64,000 nucleotides of DNA from Vulcanimicrobiota bacterium (GTDB taxonomy: Bacteria; Vulcanimicrobiota; Vulcanimicrobiia; Vulcanimicrobiales; Vulcanimicrobiaceae). Positions within the stretch are counted from its first letter, which is position 1. Every line of letters begins with the position of its first letter. Under the pieces are notes generated by a model, which saw only the letters and a program-made list of their open reading frames with translations, searched no databases and was not told where the DNA came from. Below are positions 40,170-51,011 of the stretch, one piece after another. The stretch lies in NCBI GenBank assembly GCA_963820825.1, contig CAWGBN010000005.1, positions 32,001 through 96,000 of the forward strand, in the 5' to 3' direction. A program made the position numbers and the translations under genes.

Positions 40170-43100
40170 CCGAATGCATCCAGCGCGCCTTCGCGCACGC
40201 CTTGCGGGGCGAAGATGCGCTCGAGCTCGTCGCGAATCCGCGCATCGCCGGCGATGGCGCGTGCCACGCGCTGCGAGCGGCCGCTCACGTGCATAACGAC
40301 GGGAACCTCGCCCGGCCACTCGTCGATGAGCCGCGCGAGGCGGTCGATCTGGTCCCGATGGGTGACGTCGACGTGCCATCCGCGAACGGCACCGCCGACC
40401 GCGACCGGCGCCGGCGGTACGAAGGTGGCGACCTCGTTGGCCGCAACGGAGAGTTCGACCCGCGGCTCTTCACCCGCGGGCCCGGGACGTTCCCGCAGCC
40501 GCAGCCGCCCCTTGACGATCAGGATCGCATCGGGCGTAAAGAGGTGGTGCAGCTGCGGATAGCTTTTGGCGAAGAGCACGACGTCGCAGACGCCGGTCAT
40601 ATCTTCGAGTTGCGCGACGAGAATTTGCTGGCCGCTCTTGGTGAGCGAACGCCGCACGCCGGTCACCGTACCGGCAATGGTCACCGCCGCGTCGTCCTGC
40701 ACCTCGCGCAGTTCCTTGATCGGCATCGCGCCGGAGCGCGCCAACTGCGGTGCGAGTTCGGCGAGCGGGTGACCCGAAACGAAGATCCCCAAGGTCTCGC
40801 GCTCCCAAGAGAGCATCTCGCGGGTCGTCGGTGCGGCCACGCTCGGCAGTTTCGGGACGAGCGCGGGCGCTTGCGTCGCCGCCTCCCCGAAGAGCGAAAC
40901 CTGTCCGAGCTCGGCGTCGCGCGTCGTCCGTGCTGCAAGCTCGAGCGCGGTGTCGAGCGCGGCCAGTTTCTGTGCGCGATTTCCGGGAATGCCGTCGAGC
41001 GCTCCGCACTTAATCAGCGCCTCGAAGACGCGGCGGTTGACCTGTTTTGCGTCGACGCGCTGTGCGAAATCGAAGAGATCGACGAAACGCCCATCGCGCA
41101 CCCGCGTCTCGATGATCGCGCGCACGGCGCCCTCGCCGACCCCCTTGATTGCGGCCAGTCCGAAACGAATCGCTTCCCCAACAACCGCGAAGTCGGTGAG
41201 CGACTCGTTGACGTCGGGAGGAAGAACCTCGATGCCGATGTGCTTCGCCTCTTCGATGTACTCGACGAGCTTCTCGGTCTTATCTTTGACCGAGGTCATG
41301 AGCGCGGCGAGATAGGGAAGCGGATACTTCGCCTTGAGATACGCGGTCTGATAGGCGATCCAGGCGTACGCGACGGCGTGCGCTTTGTTGAAGCCGTACC
41401 CCGCGAAGGGCTCGATATAGTCAAAGAGCCGTTCGGCTAGCGCGCGGTCGATTCCCGATCGATCGAGCGCGCCCGCGACGAACTTCTCTTGATAATACGG
41501 AATCTTCTCCTTCTGCTTCTTGCTCATGACTTTGCGCAGCTCGTCGGCTTCGCCCATCGAGAATCCGGCGAGCTCGCGCGCCATCTGCATGACCTGCTCC
41601 TGATAAATCGGGATCCCGTAGGTCTCGGTCAGAATCGGTTCGAGCTTCGGATGCAGGTATTGGCGTTTCGAGCGGCCGTGTTTGTTGGCGATGTACTGCG
41701 GAATCAGTTCCATCGGCCCTGGACGGAAGAGGGCGACCAGCGCGACGACATCCTCAAAGCGCGACGGCTGCAGCTCCGCGCATACGCGCTTCATCCCTTC
41801 CGATTCCAGCTGAAAGACGCCCATCGTCTCGCCGCGTGCCAGCATCGCGTACGTCGGCGCGTCGTCGTAGGGAATCCGCGTCAGATCGAACTCCGAATCG
41901 ACCGTCCGCCGAATCTCCGCTACCGCGTTCTCCATGACGGTAAGGTTGCGCAGTCCGAGAAAGTCCATCTTGAGCAGACCGATGCGCTCGATCCAATCCA
42001 TGTCGTACTGCGTGTTCACGCCGCCGTCGCCGAACCGGACGAGCGGCGTATAATCGGTCAGCGGACCCGCCGAGATTACCACGCCCGCAGCGTGCGTGCC
42101 GGCGTTGCGTGCCAGCCCCTCGATCTCTTTGGCGGTATCGAGCAGTTTGCGAATTTCCGGTTGCGTTGCGTAGATCGACTTGAGCTCGGGAATCCTTTCG
42201 ACGGCATCTGCGATCGAGAGGCCGCCCGGTCCGGAGGGGACGAGTTTGGCGACGCGATCGACTTCCGGCAACGGTACTCCGAGCGCACGGCCGGCATCGC
42301 GGATCGCCGCGCGCGCGGCCATCGTTCCGAAGGTGACGATCTGCGCGACGCGGTCCGCGCCGTACTTTTGCGTTACGTATGCAATGACTTCGTCGCGCCG
42401 TTCGACGCAGAAGTCGGTGTCGATGTCCGGCATCGAGATCCGGTCGGGATTCAGGAACCGCTCGAAGAGCAGGTCGAAGCGGAGCGGATCGAGGTCGGTG
42501 ATCTTCAAGCAGTAGGCGACCACCGAGCCGACCGCGGAGCCGCGACCGGGACCGACCGGGATCCCCCGGTCGCGGGCGTACTTCACGAAGTCCCAGACGA
42601 TCAGAAAATAGGATGAAAAGCCCATCTTGGTGATGACGTCGAGCTCGTAATCGAGCCGTTCGCGCAGCGTCGCGTCGTTTCGAGCGCGTTCTTCACCATA
42701 GCGATCGCGAAGCCCGAGTTCGCAGAGCTCTCGCAGGTACTCGGCGTCGGTGCGCTCGGCATTCGATTCGTCGCGCGGTACCGCGTACTGCGGCAAGTGG
42801 AAGATCTTCTCCGGAATTCGGATGTCGATGCGCTCGGCAATGCGCGCGGTGTTCTCCACCGCCTCGGGGAGGTCGCTCCACAGATCGCCCATCTCGGCCG
42901 GCGATTTCAGATAGAACTGATCCGAATAGAACTTCATTCGGTTCGTATCCGAGACCGTCTTTCCGGTGCCGATACAGAGCAGAACGTCGTGTGCCCCCGC
43001 GTCCTTCTGTTCGAGATAATGGGCATCGTTGGTCGCTACGATCGGCACGTCGAGCTCGCGCGCAATTTGAACGAGACCGCCGTTGATCGCGTCTTGCTCG

Positions 43101-43630
43101 GGCATGCCGTGACGCATGACCTCGATGTAGAAACGATCCCCGAAGATCTCGACGTACGTCTTGGCGTTGCGTAACGCCGTTGCGTAGTCGCCCGAGAGCA
43201 GCGGCGCTGCGACCAGTCCCGACATGCAGCCCGAGAGCGCGATCAAGCCATCGTGGTGCTTCGCGAGCAGATCGAGATCGATCCGCGGTTTGTAGTAGTA
43301 GCCCTCGAGGAACCCCTTGGAGACCAGCGCGATGAGGTTGCGGTACCCGACGAGATCCGCGGCCAGGAGCGTGAGGTGCGCCTCGTCGCGCACGCTGCGG
43401 TCGAAGCGTCCACGCGGCGCAAGGTAGGCTTCGCATCCCAGAATCGGCGTGAGCTTGAGCTCTCGCGCCGCGTAGTAAAACTCCATCGCGCCGTACATCA
43501 CGCCATGGTCCGTCAACGCCACGGCCGACGCGCCGAGCTCGGCCGCTCCCCGGCAGAGCCGGTCGATTCGGCAAGCGCCGTCGAGTAACGAGTACTCCGA
43601 GTGGACGTGGAGATGTACGAACTGACTCAC
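40166..43630 (-). CDS. dnaE: DNA polymerase III alpha subunit
   Basis: HLHVHSEYSLLDG, GPGRGSAVGS, MPDIDTDF, KMDFLGL, YGFNKAH. Confidence 0.98.
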   Translation of the reverse strand: MSQFVHLHVHSEYSLLDGACRIDRLCRGAAELGASAVALTDHGVMYGAMEFYYAARELKLTPILGCEAYLAPRGRFDRSVRDEAHLTLLAADLVGYRNLIALVSKGFLEGYYYKPRIDLDLLAKHHDGLIALSGCMSGLVAAPLLSGDYATALRNAKTYVEIFGDRFYIEVMRHGMPEQDAINGGLVQIARELDVPIVATNDAHYLEQKDAGAHDVLLCIGTGKTVSDTNRMKFYSDQFYLKSPAEMGDLWSDLPEAVENTARIAERIDIRIPEKIFHLPQYAVPRDESNAERTDAEYLRELCELGLRDRYGEERARNDATLRERLDYELDVITKMGFSSYFLIVWDFVKYARDRGIPVGPGRGSAVGSVVAYCLKITDLDPLRFDLLFERFLNPDRISMPDIDTDFCVERRDEVIAYVTQKYGADRVAQIVTFGTMAARAAIRDAGRALGVPLPEVDRVAKLVPSGPGGLSIADAVERIPELKSIYATQPEIRKLLDTAKEIEGLARNAGTHAAGVVISAGPLTDYTPLVRFGDGGVNTQYDMDWIERIGLLKMDFLGLRNLTVMENAVAEIRRTVDSEFDLTRIPYDDAPTYAMLARGETMGVFQLESEGMKRVCAELQPSRFEDVVALVALFRPGPMELIPQYIANKHGRSKRQYLHPKLEPILTETYGIPIYQEQVMQMARELAGFSMGEADELRKVMSKKQKEKIPYYQEKFVAGALDRSGIDRALAERLFDYIEPFAGYGFNKAHAVAYAWIAYQTAYLKAKYPLPYLAALMTSVKDKTEKLVEYIEEAKHIGIEVLPPDVNESLTDFAVVGEAIRFGLAAIKGVGEGAVRAIIETRVRDGRFVDLFDFAQRVDAKQVNRRVFEALIKCGALDGIPGNRAQKLAALDTALELAARTTRDAELGQVSLFGEAATQAPALVPKLPSVAAPTTREMLSWERETLGIFVSGHPLAELAPQLARSGAMPIKELREVQDDAAVTIAGTVTGVRRSLTKSGQQILVAQLEDMTGVCDVVLFAKSYPQLHHLFTPDAILIVKGRLRLRERPGPAGEEPRVELSVAANEVATFVPPAPVAVGGAVRGWHVDVTHRDQIDRLARLIDEWPGEVPVVMHVSGRSQRVARAIAGDARIRDELERIFAPQGVREGALDAFG

Positions 43631-43682
43631 GAGTAAGGCAACCTAACTCACGAGCGGTTCGACTGGGAGGACACGTGGACGT

Positions 43683-44084
43683 TTACCCTAAGCGACGCGG
43701 GCGACCCTTGTGCGCTTGGACGGAGAGCTCCCAGCGATAGCCGTCGGGATCGCGAAACCAGATCCCCATATTCGGCGATTCGGGAGCCTCGGGGCCGATC
43801 TCGTTCCCGGGATCTTCGACCGCGACCCGATGCTTCTTCAGAATGGCGAGCGCGCCGCGAAGCCGGCGCATATCCGGCAGATGAAACGAGAGGTGCTCGA
43901 TCGTCTTGGGATGCGGCACGCCCTTCATGAGCACGATCGTAACGTTTGCGTTCGTCAGCCCGATATATCGGTCGCCCGCGAACATCGTCTCCAGATCGAA
44001 GATCTTCTTCCACCATCGGGCACTCTTGCGTGGATCGCGCACCGCTAAGCCGAAGTGACCGACCGTCCCGAGCGCGATTCTCAT
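43683..44084 (-). CDS. VOC/glyoxalase family protein
   Basis: GHFGLAV, EHLSFH, WFRDPDGYRWEL. Confidence 0.88.
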   Translation of the reverse strand: MRIALGTVGHFGLAVRDPRKSARWWKKIFDLETMFAGDRYIGLTNANVTIVLMKGVPHPKTIEHLSFHLPDMRRLRGALAILKKHRVAVEDPGNEIGPEAPESPNMGIWFRDPDGYRWELSVQAHKGRPRRLG

Positions 44085-45256
44085 TGCGCCGAAATTGCGT
44101 TGGCGGCGCGCAGCATCTCCATCACACGGTCGACCGGAAGGGCGTAGACGGTCGCACCGCCGCGACCGGTCATCGTCTTCGCTTCGAAGAGCGCATCGTA
44201 GATCGCCGCCTGCGTCGCCTCGGCGGTTGCCGAGTAGAGCGCGTCGAGGGCGTCGTCGTCCTCGACAATCGGCTCCTTCGGCGACGCGACCGTAAAGTCG
44301 GCGACCCGCTCGAAGACCCGCGTCGTCGAGAAGGCGACGATCAGATCGCCGCTACCGGTCGACGAGGTCAGTCCGGTTCGCGCCATTCCCATGGCGGCCC
44401 GCAGGGTGAGGGCACGGAGCTGCCGGCTATCGAGCGGCGCGTCCGTCGCGATCACGATGATGATGCTCCCCTCCCCGAGCCGGCCTTTGAGTGCGACTTT
44501 GTTTGGAAAGACGGGGCGGTACTCGGCCTGAAGGCGTTGCCCCACGGGCACCCCGAGGATCGTCAGCTGCCGCCGGCGGCTGCCGGTGTTATCGTTGACA
44601 AGGACCCCGACGCGATACCCTCCGCCGTCGCTCGGGAGGACGCGTGAGGCCGAACCGATGCCCGCGCGGAAGCCGAACGCGTTCATGCCCGTGCCGGCAC
44701 CGACGCTCCCCCGGGCAAAATCCCCCGGCGCCGCCGCATCGAGCAGTCGCACGACGTCGGACGCGGTTACCGCTCGCGCCTGGATGTCGTTGAGCAAACC
44801 ATCGTCGCACTCGCCCACGACCGGCAGCGGCACGTCGTCACCGCGCCCGACCGCCGGATGGTGATCGATTACCCAGCTCACGACGCCGTCTGCGGCGCGT
44901 CCAACGTCGAGCGTATCGGTGAGAACGACCGGTTCCTCGAGATATCCCGACTCGTCGATCCAATGCGTCCCGGTCAGCTCCCCATTGCCGTTGAAGGCAA
45001 AGAAGGCGGCCGAAACCTTGTGATCCCACGGATCGGCGTTCGGCAGCACGGCAGTCGCTCCGGTACGAATGTCGCTTCCTTCGACTTTCGTCATATTCGA
45101 GACACGCACGCCCGCCACGTCGGTGATCGCATCGAGGGGTCCGGTCGCGAAAAACCCGAAATGGAAAGGTAAGGCGGCACGGGCTCCAACCACCGCCGCC
45201 AGCATAACCGCGGCAAAGCTCGGGAAAATAAGCATCCAGCGCATACCGCTTTGCAT
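44081..45256 (-). CDS. DmpA/P1 family aminopeptidase, secreted
   Basis: ITDVAGVRV, NGNGELTG, GECDDG, GSIIIVIATDAPL, SGD. Start at 45256 or 45244. Confidence 0.9.
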   Translation of the reverse strand: MQSGMRWMLIFPSFAAVMLAAVVGARAALPFHFGFFATGPLDAITDVAGVRVSNMTKVEGSDIRTGATAVLPNADPWDHKVSAAFFAFNGNGELTGTHWIDESGYLEEPVVLTDTLDVGRAADGVVSWVIDHHPAVGRGDDVPLPVVGECDDGLLNDIQARAVTASDVVRLLDAAAPGDFARGSVGAGTGMNAFGFRAGIGSASRVLPSDGGGYRVGVLVNDNTGSRRRQLTILGVPVGQRLQAEYRPVFPNKVALKGRLGEGSIIIVIATDAPLDSRQLRALTLRAAMGMARTGLTSSTGSGDLIVAFSTTRVFERVADFTVASPKEPIVEDDDALDALYSATAEATQAAIYDALFEAKTMTGRGGATVYALPVDRVMEMLRAANAISAQ

Positions 45257-45344
45257 TGGACGCGCTCGCCTCAGACCGCCTGCAGGCGCGCCCGTCGAGC
45301 GCGGGAAAGCATGAAATGAGCACTGTTGTAAGAGGAGGCGCGGT

Positions 45345-46919
45345 ATTCTTTCGGTTCCTGAAAAACTCAAGGTCGTCAAACTCTGGGAGAACCTATCGGG
45401 CCCGTCGCTGATCGAGCACGCGATCGCTCGAGGTGAGGGCGTGCTGGGTACCGGCGGCCAGCTCATCGTCGATACCCGGCCGCATACGGGACGCTCGCCG
45501 AAGGACAAGTTCTTCGTTCGCGAGCCTTCCAGCGAGCAACTCATCGACTGGAGCGAATCGAATCAAGCGATCGACCCCGAGCGTTTCGACGCACTCTGGG
45601 AACGGATCGCGGCCTACCTCTCCGAACGTGAAGCCTACAGCCTCGACTGTTACGTCGGCGCGGACGAGCGGTATCGGGTTCCGCTGCGCGTCTACACCGA
45701 GCTCGCCTGGCACAACCTCTTTGCACGGCATCTCTTCATCACTCCGGAGCGGCCGGACCCCGACTTCGTTCCGGAGTTTACGGTCGTCGATGCCGCCCTC
45801 TTCTCGGCGGATCCCGCTCGAGACGGGACGCGGACCGGAACGTTCATTCTCGTCAACTTCGCGCGGCGCGTCATTCTCATCGGCGGCTCGCGCTACGCGG
45901 GCGAGATCAAGAAATCGGTCTTCACCGTGATGAACTATCTCCTGCCGCTGCGCGAGACGCTGCCGATGCACTGCTCGGCGAACGTCGGCGGAAGCGGCGA
46001 CGTCGCAGTGCTCTTCGGTCTCTCCGGTACCGGCAAGACGACGCTCTCCTCCGATTCGCGCCGTCCCCTCATCGGCGACGACGAACACGGCTGGTCGGCA
46101 GACGGCGTCTTCAATTTCGAAGGCGGCTGCTATGCCAAGGTGATCCGCCTCTCGCCGACCGCCGAACCGGAGATCTGGGCGGCGACGCACCGCTTCTCTA
46201 CCGTTCTCGAAAACGTCGTCTACGACGAGCAGACGCGCGGCCTCGACGTCGATTCCGACGAAAAGACCGAGAACACGCGCGCCGCCTATCCGTTGGAGTT
46301 CATCCCGAACATCGTCCCGACGAGCCAAGCCGGCCATCCGCGGACGATCGTCATGTTGACCGCCGATGCCTTCGGCGTACTTCCTCCGATCGCCAAGCTC
46401 TCGCGCGATCAGGCGATGTACCACTTCCTCTCCGGATACACCGCCAAGGTCGCCGGCACCGAACGAGGGATCAGCGAACCGCAAGCAACGTTTTCAACCT
46501 GCTTCGGCGCGCCGTTCATGGTGCACCATCCAACCGTCTACGCGCGTCTATTGGGACGCAAGATCGACGAACACGAAGTCGAGTGCTGGCTGGTCAATAC
46601 CGGTTGGACCGGCGGTCCGTACGGCGTCGGTCATCGGATGTCGATCGCGCATACGCGCGCGATGGTAAATGCGGCAATCGAAGGTCGAATCGCCGACGAC
46701 TTCGCACAAGAGCCGTTCTTCGGTCTCATGGTCCCCAAGCACGTTCCGGAGGTTCCCGATCACGTGCTCGACGCGCGCAGCGCGTGGGCCGATACCGCCG
46801 CATACGACGAGCAAGCGCGCAAGCTCGCTCAACTCTTCTTCGATAACTTCAAGCGATTCGAGGAGCACGTCTCGCCATCGATTAAGGCGGTCGCGATCAG
46901 GCCGCTTGCTAGGTCCTAA
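45345..46919 (+). CDS. pckA: phosphoenolpyruvate carboxykinase (ATP); true start uncertain
   Basis: TGRSPKDK, GLSGTGKTTLS, GDDEHGW, NFEGGCYAK; the frame extends upstream of GTG 45441 with NLSGPSLIEHAIARGEG. Confidence 0.95.
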   Translation: MLSVPEKLKVVKLWENLSGPSLIEHAIARGEGVLGTGGQLIVDTRPHTGRSPKDKFFVREPSSEQLIDWSESNQAIDPERFDALWERIAAYLSEREAYSLDCYVGADERYRVPLRVYTELAWHNLFARHLFITPERPDPDFVPEFTVVDAALFSADPARDGTRTGTFILVNFARRVILIGGSRYAGEIKKSVFTVMNYLLPLRETLPMHCSANVGGSGDVAVLFGLSGTGKTTLSSDSRRPLIGDDEHGWSADGVFNFEGGCYAKVIRLSPTAEPEIWAATHRFSTVLENVVYDEQTRGLDVDSDEKTENTRAAYPLEFIPNIVPTSQAGHPRTIVMLTADAFGVLPPIAKLSRDQAMYHFLSGYTAKVAGTERGISEPQATFSTCFGAPFMVHHPTVYARLLGRKIDEHEVECWLVNTGWTGGPYGVGHRMSIAHTRAMVNAAIEGRIADDFAQEPFFGLMVPKHVPEVPDHVLDARSAWADTAAYDEQARKLAQLFFDNFKRFEEHVSPSIKAVAIRPLARS

Positions 46920-46965
46920 TCCGGCGTTCAGGCGCCCTCCGGCCGAACGGGCTACTATCGGAGCC

Positions 46966-47502
46966 ATGAAGATCAACCTCCTGGCCGCGGGCGCCTTCGC
47001 TGCTATGCTTGCGCTGCCGCTTGGCGCCTACGCACAGCAGGACCAGGCACCGGCTTCCCGCGCGGGCCACGCCACCACGACCCCCAACCAAGCGCGAATC
47101 CAAAACCATTGGGCAAAGCGCTTCGGTCAACTCAATCTTTCGAGCGATCAGCAGCAACGAATCCAATCGCTCATCAACCAGTTCTCGCAGGCGCACCCGG
47201 AAGGGAGTCCCCGCGATCGCGGCGCGAGCCGAGAGTTACGGCACCAGATCATGGGCGTTCTAACCGACGATCAGCGCAATCAATATCATCAAGAGATGCG
47301 CGCGCGCCGTGCGCAGATGCATCAGCAGGGTCAGTATCAGGGTCAGCAGGGTCCGGGCGATCAGCAAGGTCCTAACGGCCAGCAAGGACCCGGCTATCAA
47401 CAGGGGCCTCAAGACCAAGGGCCGCCTCCGAACCAGGGGCCGAATCAAGGCCCTCCCGATCAGCAGCCGCCGCAGAACGAATCCGGCCCGCCGCCGGCGT
47501 AA
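46966..47502 (+). CDS. Spy/CpxP-like periplasmic protein with Q/G/P-rich tail
   Basis: Signal peptide AYA, LNLSSDQQ and VLTDDQR (LTxxQ) motifs, QQGP repeats. Confidence 0.75.
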   Translation: MKINLLAAGAFAAMLALPLGAYAQQDQAPASRAGHATTTPNQARIQNHWAKRFGQLNLSSDQQQRIQSLINQFSQAHPEGSPRDRGASRELRHQIMGVLTDDQRNQYHQEMRARRAQMHQQGQYQGQQGPGDQQGPNGQQGPGYQQGPQDQGPPPNQGPNQGPPDQQPPQNESGPPPA

Positions 47503-47559
47503 TCCAAAGCAACAGACCGTAACCTGGGTAACGGCGCGCAACCGACCGAAAGAGTCGCG

Positions 47560-48735
47560 ATGCGCGCCGCGATTCTCTCTCTCGCTCTGCTCGCTAGCGC
47601 GTGCGCGGCGGCACCCGCTGCGCCGCTGCACGTTCCGCCGGGCTTCATCATCGAACGCATTGCAACCGTCGGCGGCGCGCGCGAGCTCTCCGCACTCCCA
47701 AACGGCGACCTGCTCGTCGGCACCAAAGGGCGCGATCTCTATCTCGTGCCCGACGCGGAAGGCACCGCAGGTACGCCGCGAGTTTTCACGACGTTCGACG
47801 ACGATCGCGCATCGGGCGTAACGTACGCGCCAGCGTTGCACGAGATCTTCGCCGCGACGATGCATCACGTTTGGGCGATTCCCTACGGCGGCGAGCGCGA
47901 GGCACCGCACGCCGTGCCGATTGCCGACGTGCGCGCGGGACCGGTTGCGCCGGGTACCGACGGCGACGTTCATACCACGACCTCGGTAGTGTACGCCGGC
48001 GGTCTCGTCTACGTCGGCGCCGGCTCTTCATGCAACGCGACGATGGCCGGCGATCGTCCCTGCGTCGAAGTGGACGCAACGCGCGCCGCGGTTTCGGTGA
48101 TGAAACCCGACGGCTCCGGTTTCGTGCAGCGAGCGCGGCGGATACGCAACCCCATCGCCCTCGCGGTCAATCCACAGACGGGTTCGGTCTGGGTCGGCGA
48201 CGCAGGCCAAGACGATCTGCCGCAGGGTCACCCGTACGAGTTTCTCGACGATCTCAGCGTCCATCCGGGCGTCGCCGACTACGGCTGGCCGCAATGCGAG
48301 GAGAATCGGCATCCCTACGTCTCGGGTGCGACGTGTGCCGGTACCGTCGAACCGCTCGTCGAGCTGCCGGCATATTCGACGATTATCGCGGCGGCGTTCT
48401 ATCCCGCACGCCAGGGTGGCCGCGATGCGTTCCCCAACCCGTATCGCGGTGGTCTCTTCGTCAGCGCACACGGATCGTGGCACGAAAACGGCAGCGGCTG
48501 CAACGCCGCACCGTCGCGCGTGGTATTCGTTGCGATGAACGGCGACCAGCCCGCCAAGAGCGTCGACTGGTCGAATCCGACGACGCAGTGGAGCGACTTC
48601 GTCACCGGCTTCCAGAGCGGTTGCACCGCGCGGGCCGGCCGGCCGGCGGGCATTGCCGTCGGACTACAGGGCTCGCTCTTCATCGCCGACGACGCGAGCG
48701 GTTCGATTTATCGGGTTCGTCCGGCGCGTGACTGA
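47560..48735 (+). CDS. PQQ-dependent sugar/sorbosone dehydrogenase-like lipoprotein
   Basis: VPPGF, GSSCN, IRNP, DYGWP, HGSW, GRPAGIAV..GSLFIADD. Confidence 0.82.
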   Translation: MRAAILSLALLASACAAAPAAPLHVPPGFIIERIATVGGARELSALPNGDLLVGTKGRDLYLVPDAEGTAGTPRVFTTFDDDRASGVTYAPALHEIFAATMHHVWAIPYGGEREAPHAVPIADVRAGPVAPGTDGDVHTTTSVVYAGGLVYVGAGSSCNATMAGDRPCVEVDATRAAVSVMKPDGSGFVQRARRIRNPIALAVNPQTGSVWVGDAGQDDLPQGHPYEFLDDLSVHPGVADYGWPQCEENRHPYVSGATCAGTVEPLVELPAYSTIIAAAFYPARQGGRDAFPNPYRGGLFVSAHGSWHENGSGCNAAPSRVVFVAMNGDQPAKSVDWSNPTTQWSDFVTGFQSGCTARAGRPAGIAVGLQGSLFIADDASGSIYRVRPARD

Positions 48736-49969
48736 GACGCTCGCGATCCTCGTCGGCGGCGGTCCGGCACCCGGCATCAACGGCATCATCGCCTCCGCTG
48801 CGATGGAGGCGTTCAAATGCGGATTGCGCCCGATCGGAATTTATGACGGCTACCGCGACCTGGTCGCGGGAGGCTCGCCGCAGACGCTCGAGCTCACCTT
48901 CGACGAAGTCTCGCGCATCCACACCAGCGGCGGGTCGATCCTGCGAACGTCGCGGACGAATCCCGCCAAAGACGAAGCGACGCTCGAACGCTGCCTCGCC
49001 TCGCTCGATCGGCTCGGCCTGCGATATCTGATCTGCATCGGCGGCGACGATACGACCTACGGAGCGGCTCGCATCGCCGAGCGAGCCGGTGCGAGGCTCG
49101 GCGTCGCAACGGTCCCCAAGACGATCGACAACGACCTGCCGCTGCCGGAGAACGCACCGACCTTCGGCTTCGAAACCGCGCGCTCGGTCGGCGCGGGCAT
49201 TCTCGAAAGCTTGATGGAGGATGCGCGCACGACCGCGCGCTGGTACGTCGTCGTCTGCATGGGACGCAAGTCGGGTTCGCTCGCGTTGGGCATGTGCAAG
49301 GCCGCGGGGTCGACGCTCGCCGTTCTTCCCGAAGAGTTTCCTGAAAAAGCAACGCTTGGCGCAGTCCGCGATACGATCGTCGGTGCGATCGTAAAACGCC
49401 GCGCGCTTGGGCGACGGCACGGCGTTGCGGTCGTCGCCGAGGGAGTCGCCGAGAAGATTTGGGACGACGTCTTCAGCGCAAACGAGAATCTCGGACGCGA
49501 TTCCTTCGGCAACGTGCGCCTCGCAGACATCCCGTTAGGCGTGATCCTGCGCGACGCCGTGCGTGCGCGTCTCGGCGCGATTGGCGTCGACTCCGTGGTT
49601 CACGCAAAGGACATCGGCTACGAGCTGCGCTGCGCGAAGCCCGTGCCGTTCGACGTCGATTATACGCGGACGCTCGGCTACGGCGCCGTCCGGTATCTCG
49701 TCGACGGCGGGAGCGGCGCGTTGATCGCGCTCGAAGGCGGGCGCGTCCGCCCGCTCGCACTCGACGATCTGCTCGACCCGGCGACCGGGCGCATTCGCAC
49801 GCGCCAAGTCGACCTTACGACCGAAGGCTATCGCGTCGCGCGCGACTATATGGTCTATCTCGAGCCGGCGGATTTCACCGGCATCACGCAGCTCGCCGCG
49901 CTGGCGGCGCAGACAAACCTCGACGCGCGAGCCTTTCGCACCGAGTTCGAGTACGTCGCGCTCCCCTAA
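48728..49969 (+). CDS. pfp: pyrophosphate-dependent phosphofructokinase
   Basis: GGGPAPGIN, GGDD and PKTIDND (PPi-type residues), MGR, GYELR. Confidence 0.9.
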   Translation: MTETLAILVGGGPAPGINGIIASAAMEAFKCGLRPIGIYDGYRDLVAGGSPQTLELTFDEVSRIHTSGGSILRTSRTNPAKDEATLERCLASLDRLGLRYLICIGGDDTTYGAARIAERAGARLGVATVPKTIDNDLPLPENAPTFGFETARSVGAGILESLMEDARTTARWYVVVCMGRKSGSLALGMCKAAGSTLAVLPEEFPEKATLGAVRDTIVGAIVKRRALGRRHGVAVVAEGVAEKIWDDVFSANENLGRDSFGNVRLADIPLGVILRDAVRARLGAIGVDSVVHAKDIGYELRCAKPVPFDVDYTRTLGYGAVRYLVDGGSGALIALEGGRVRPLALDDLLDPATGRIRTRQVDLTTEGYRVARDYMVYLEPADFTGITQLAALAAQTNLDARAFRTEFEYVALP

Positions 49970-49979
49970 AGAAACCGGC

Positions 49980-51011
49980 TCACCCTGCCCCCACGATGAA
50001 ACGGCCGGCGTGCGGAAGCTTCTCGATGATCGCAAGATCGAGACCGAGATTATCGGCGAGCAGCCGGCGCGGATTCGATGCGAGCCACGTCGAGATCGAG
50101 ATCTCTTGATAGTCGGGGCTGTTGAATGCGACGAGGATCTCCGTCTCCTCGTTGCCGATCTGGCGGATGTAATGGCCGAATCCGCGATTGATAAAGGCCA
50201 CGTCGCCGGCTGCGAACTCATCTTGCCGATACTTTCCATTCGCGCCGAAGATGCCGATCTCCGAACGGCCTTTGATGTAGTACTGCCATTCGTCGGCATT
50301 GGGATGCCAGTGCAGCTCGCGCAAGCCGCCCGGCTTGAGCGTGAGGAGCACGCCGGTGATCGTTGACGAGATCGGAAACTGTTTCTGCGAGACGAGCCGT
50401 TCGGTGCCGCCGTCGAAGCTCATCAACGGCGCCGCGCCGAGGCGGAACTTGTGATTGAGTTGGCTCGGTTGGAGTTGCGCGTTCATCGCGGCCGGCGGAG
50501 CGTCCGGCGGCACCTCGCCCTGCACGATGTAAACCTCATCCTTGGGAAGTCGCGCGAGCGCCTCAGGGGGCAGGCTGAGATTCTGTGCGAGCACGTCGGG
50601 CGGAGTACGCGCCATCCAATCGGTGATGCTGAAGGTTCCGAACTCCGAAAACTGTCCGTTGTCGAAGACGAGCAAGAAGTGGCATTCGCTCGGACCGAGC
50701 CCCTGGATCGAATGTCCGTGTCCTTTCGGAAAGTACCAGACGTCGCCGGGCCCGAAATCGGAGATCTCGGCGTCACCCGAGGGTGCGATCACGGTGACGC
50801 GGCAGCGCCCCGAGATCACGTAGGCCCACTCCGCGGCGATCGCGTGCCAATGGAGCTCGCGCAGCGCCCCGGGTTGCAAGCGCATCGAGACCGCGGCAAA
50901 GCTCTGCGAGACCGGAAACTCGTTGACGGTATGCTGACGCGCCGATCCGGCGGCGCCGCTCCAGCCTTTGGCCGCTTCCAGATCGAACTTAAAGTTCGGC
51001 AGATCGCTCAT
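49980..51011 (-). CDS. oxalate decarboxylase-family bicupin
   Basis: Two RELHWH motifs, GHSIQG, FSEFGTF. Confidence 0.9.
   Translation of the reverse strand: MSDLPNFKFDLEAAKGWSGAAGSARQHTVNEFPVSQSFAAVSMRLQPGALRELHWHAIAAEWAYVISGRCRVTVIAPSGDAEISDFGPGDVWYFPKGHGHSIQGLGPSECHFLLVFDNGQFSEFGTFSITDWMARTPPDVLAQNLSLPPEALARLPKDEVYIVQGEVPPDAPPAAMNAQLQPSQLNHKFRLGAAPLMSFDGGTERLVSQKQFPISSTITGVLLTLKPGGLRELHWHPNADEWQYYIKGRSEIGIFGANGKYRQDEFAAGDVAFINRGFGHYIRQIGNEETEILVAFNSPDYQEISISTWLASNPRRLLADNLGLDLAIIEKLPHAGRFIVGAG

Noticed and set aside
40166..43630. Intein in DnaE
   Set aside because: Normal length (1154 aa) with no intein splice motifs.
47320..47500. Tandem repeats resembling a CRISPR or VNTR array
   Set aside because: Degenerate in-frame QQGP coding repeats with no spacers and no cas genes.
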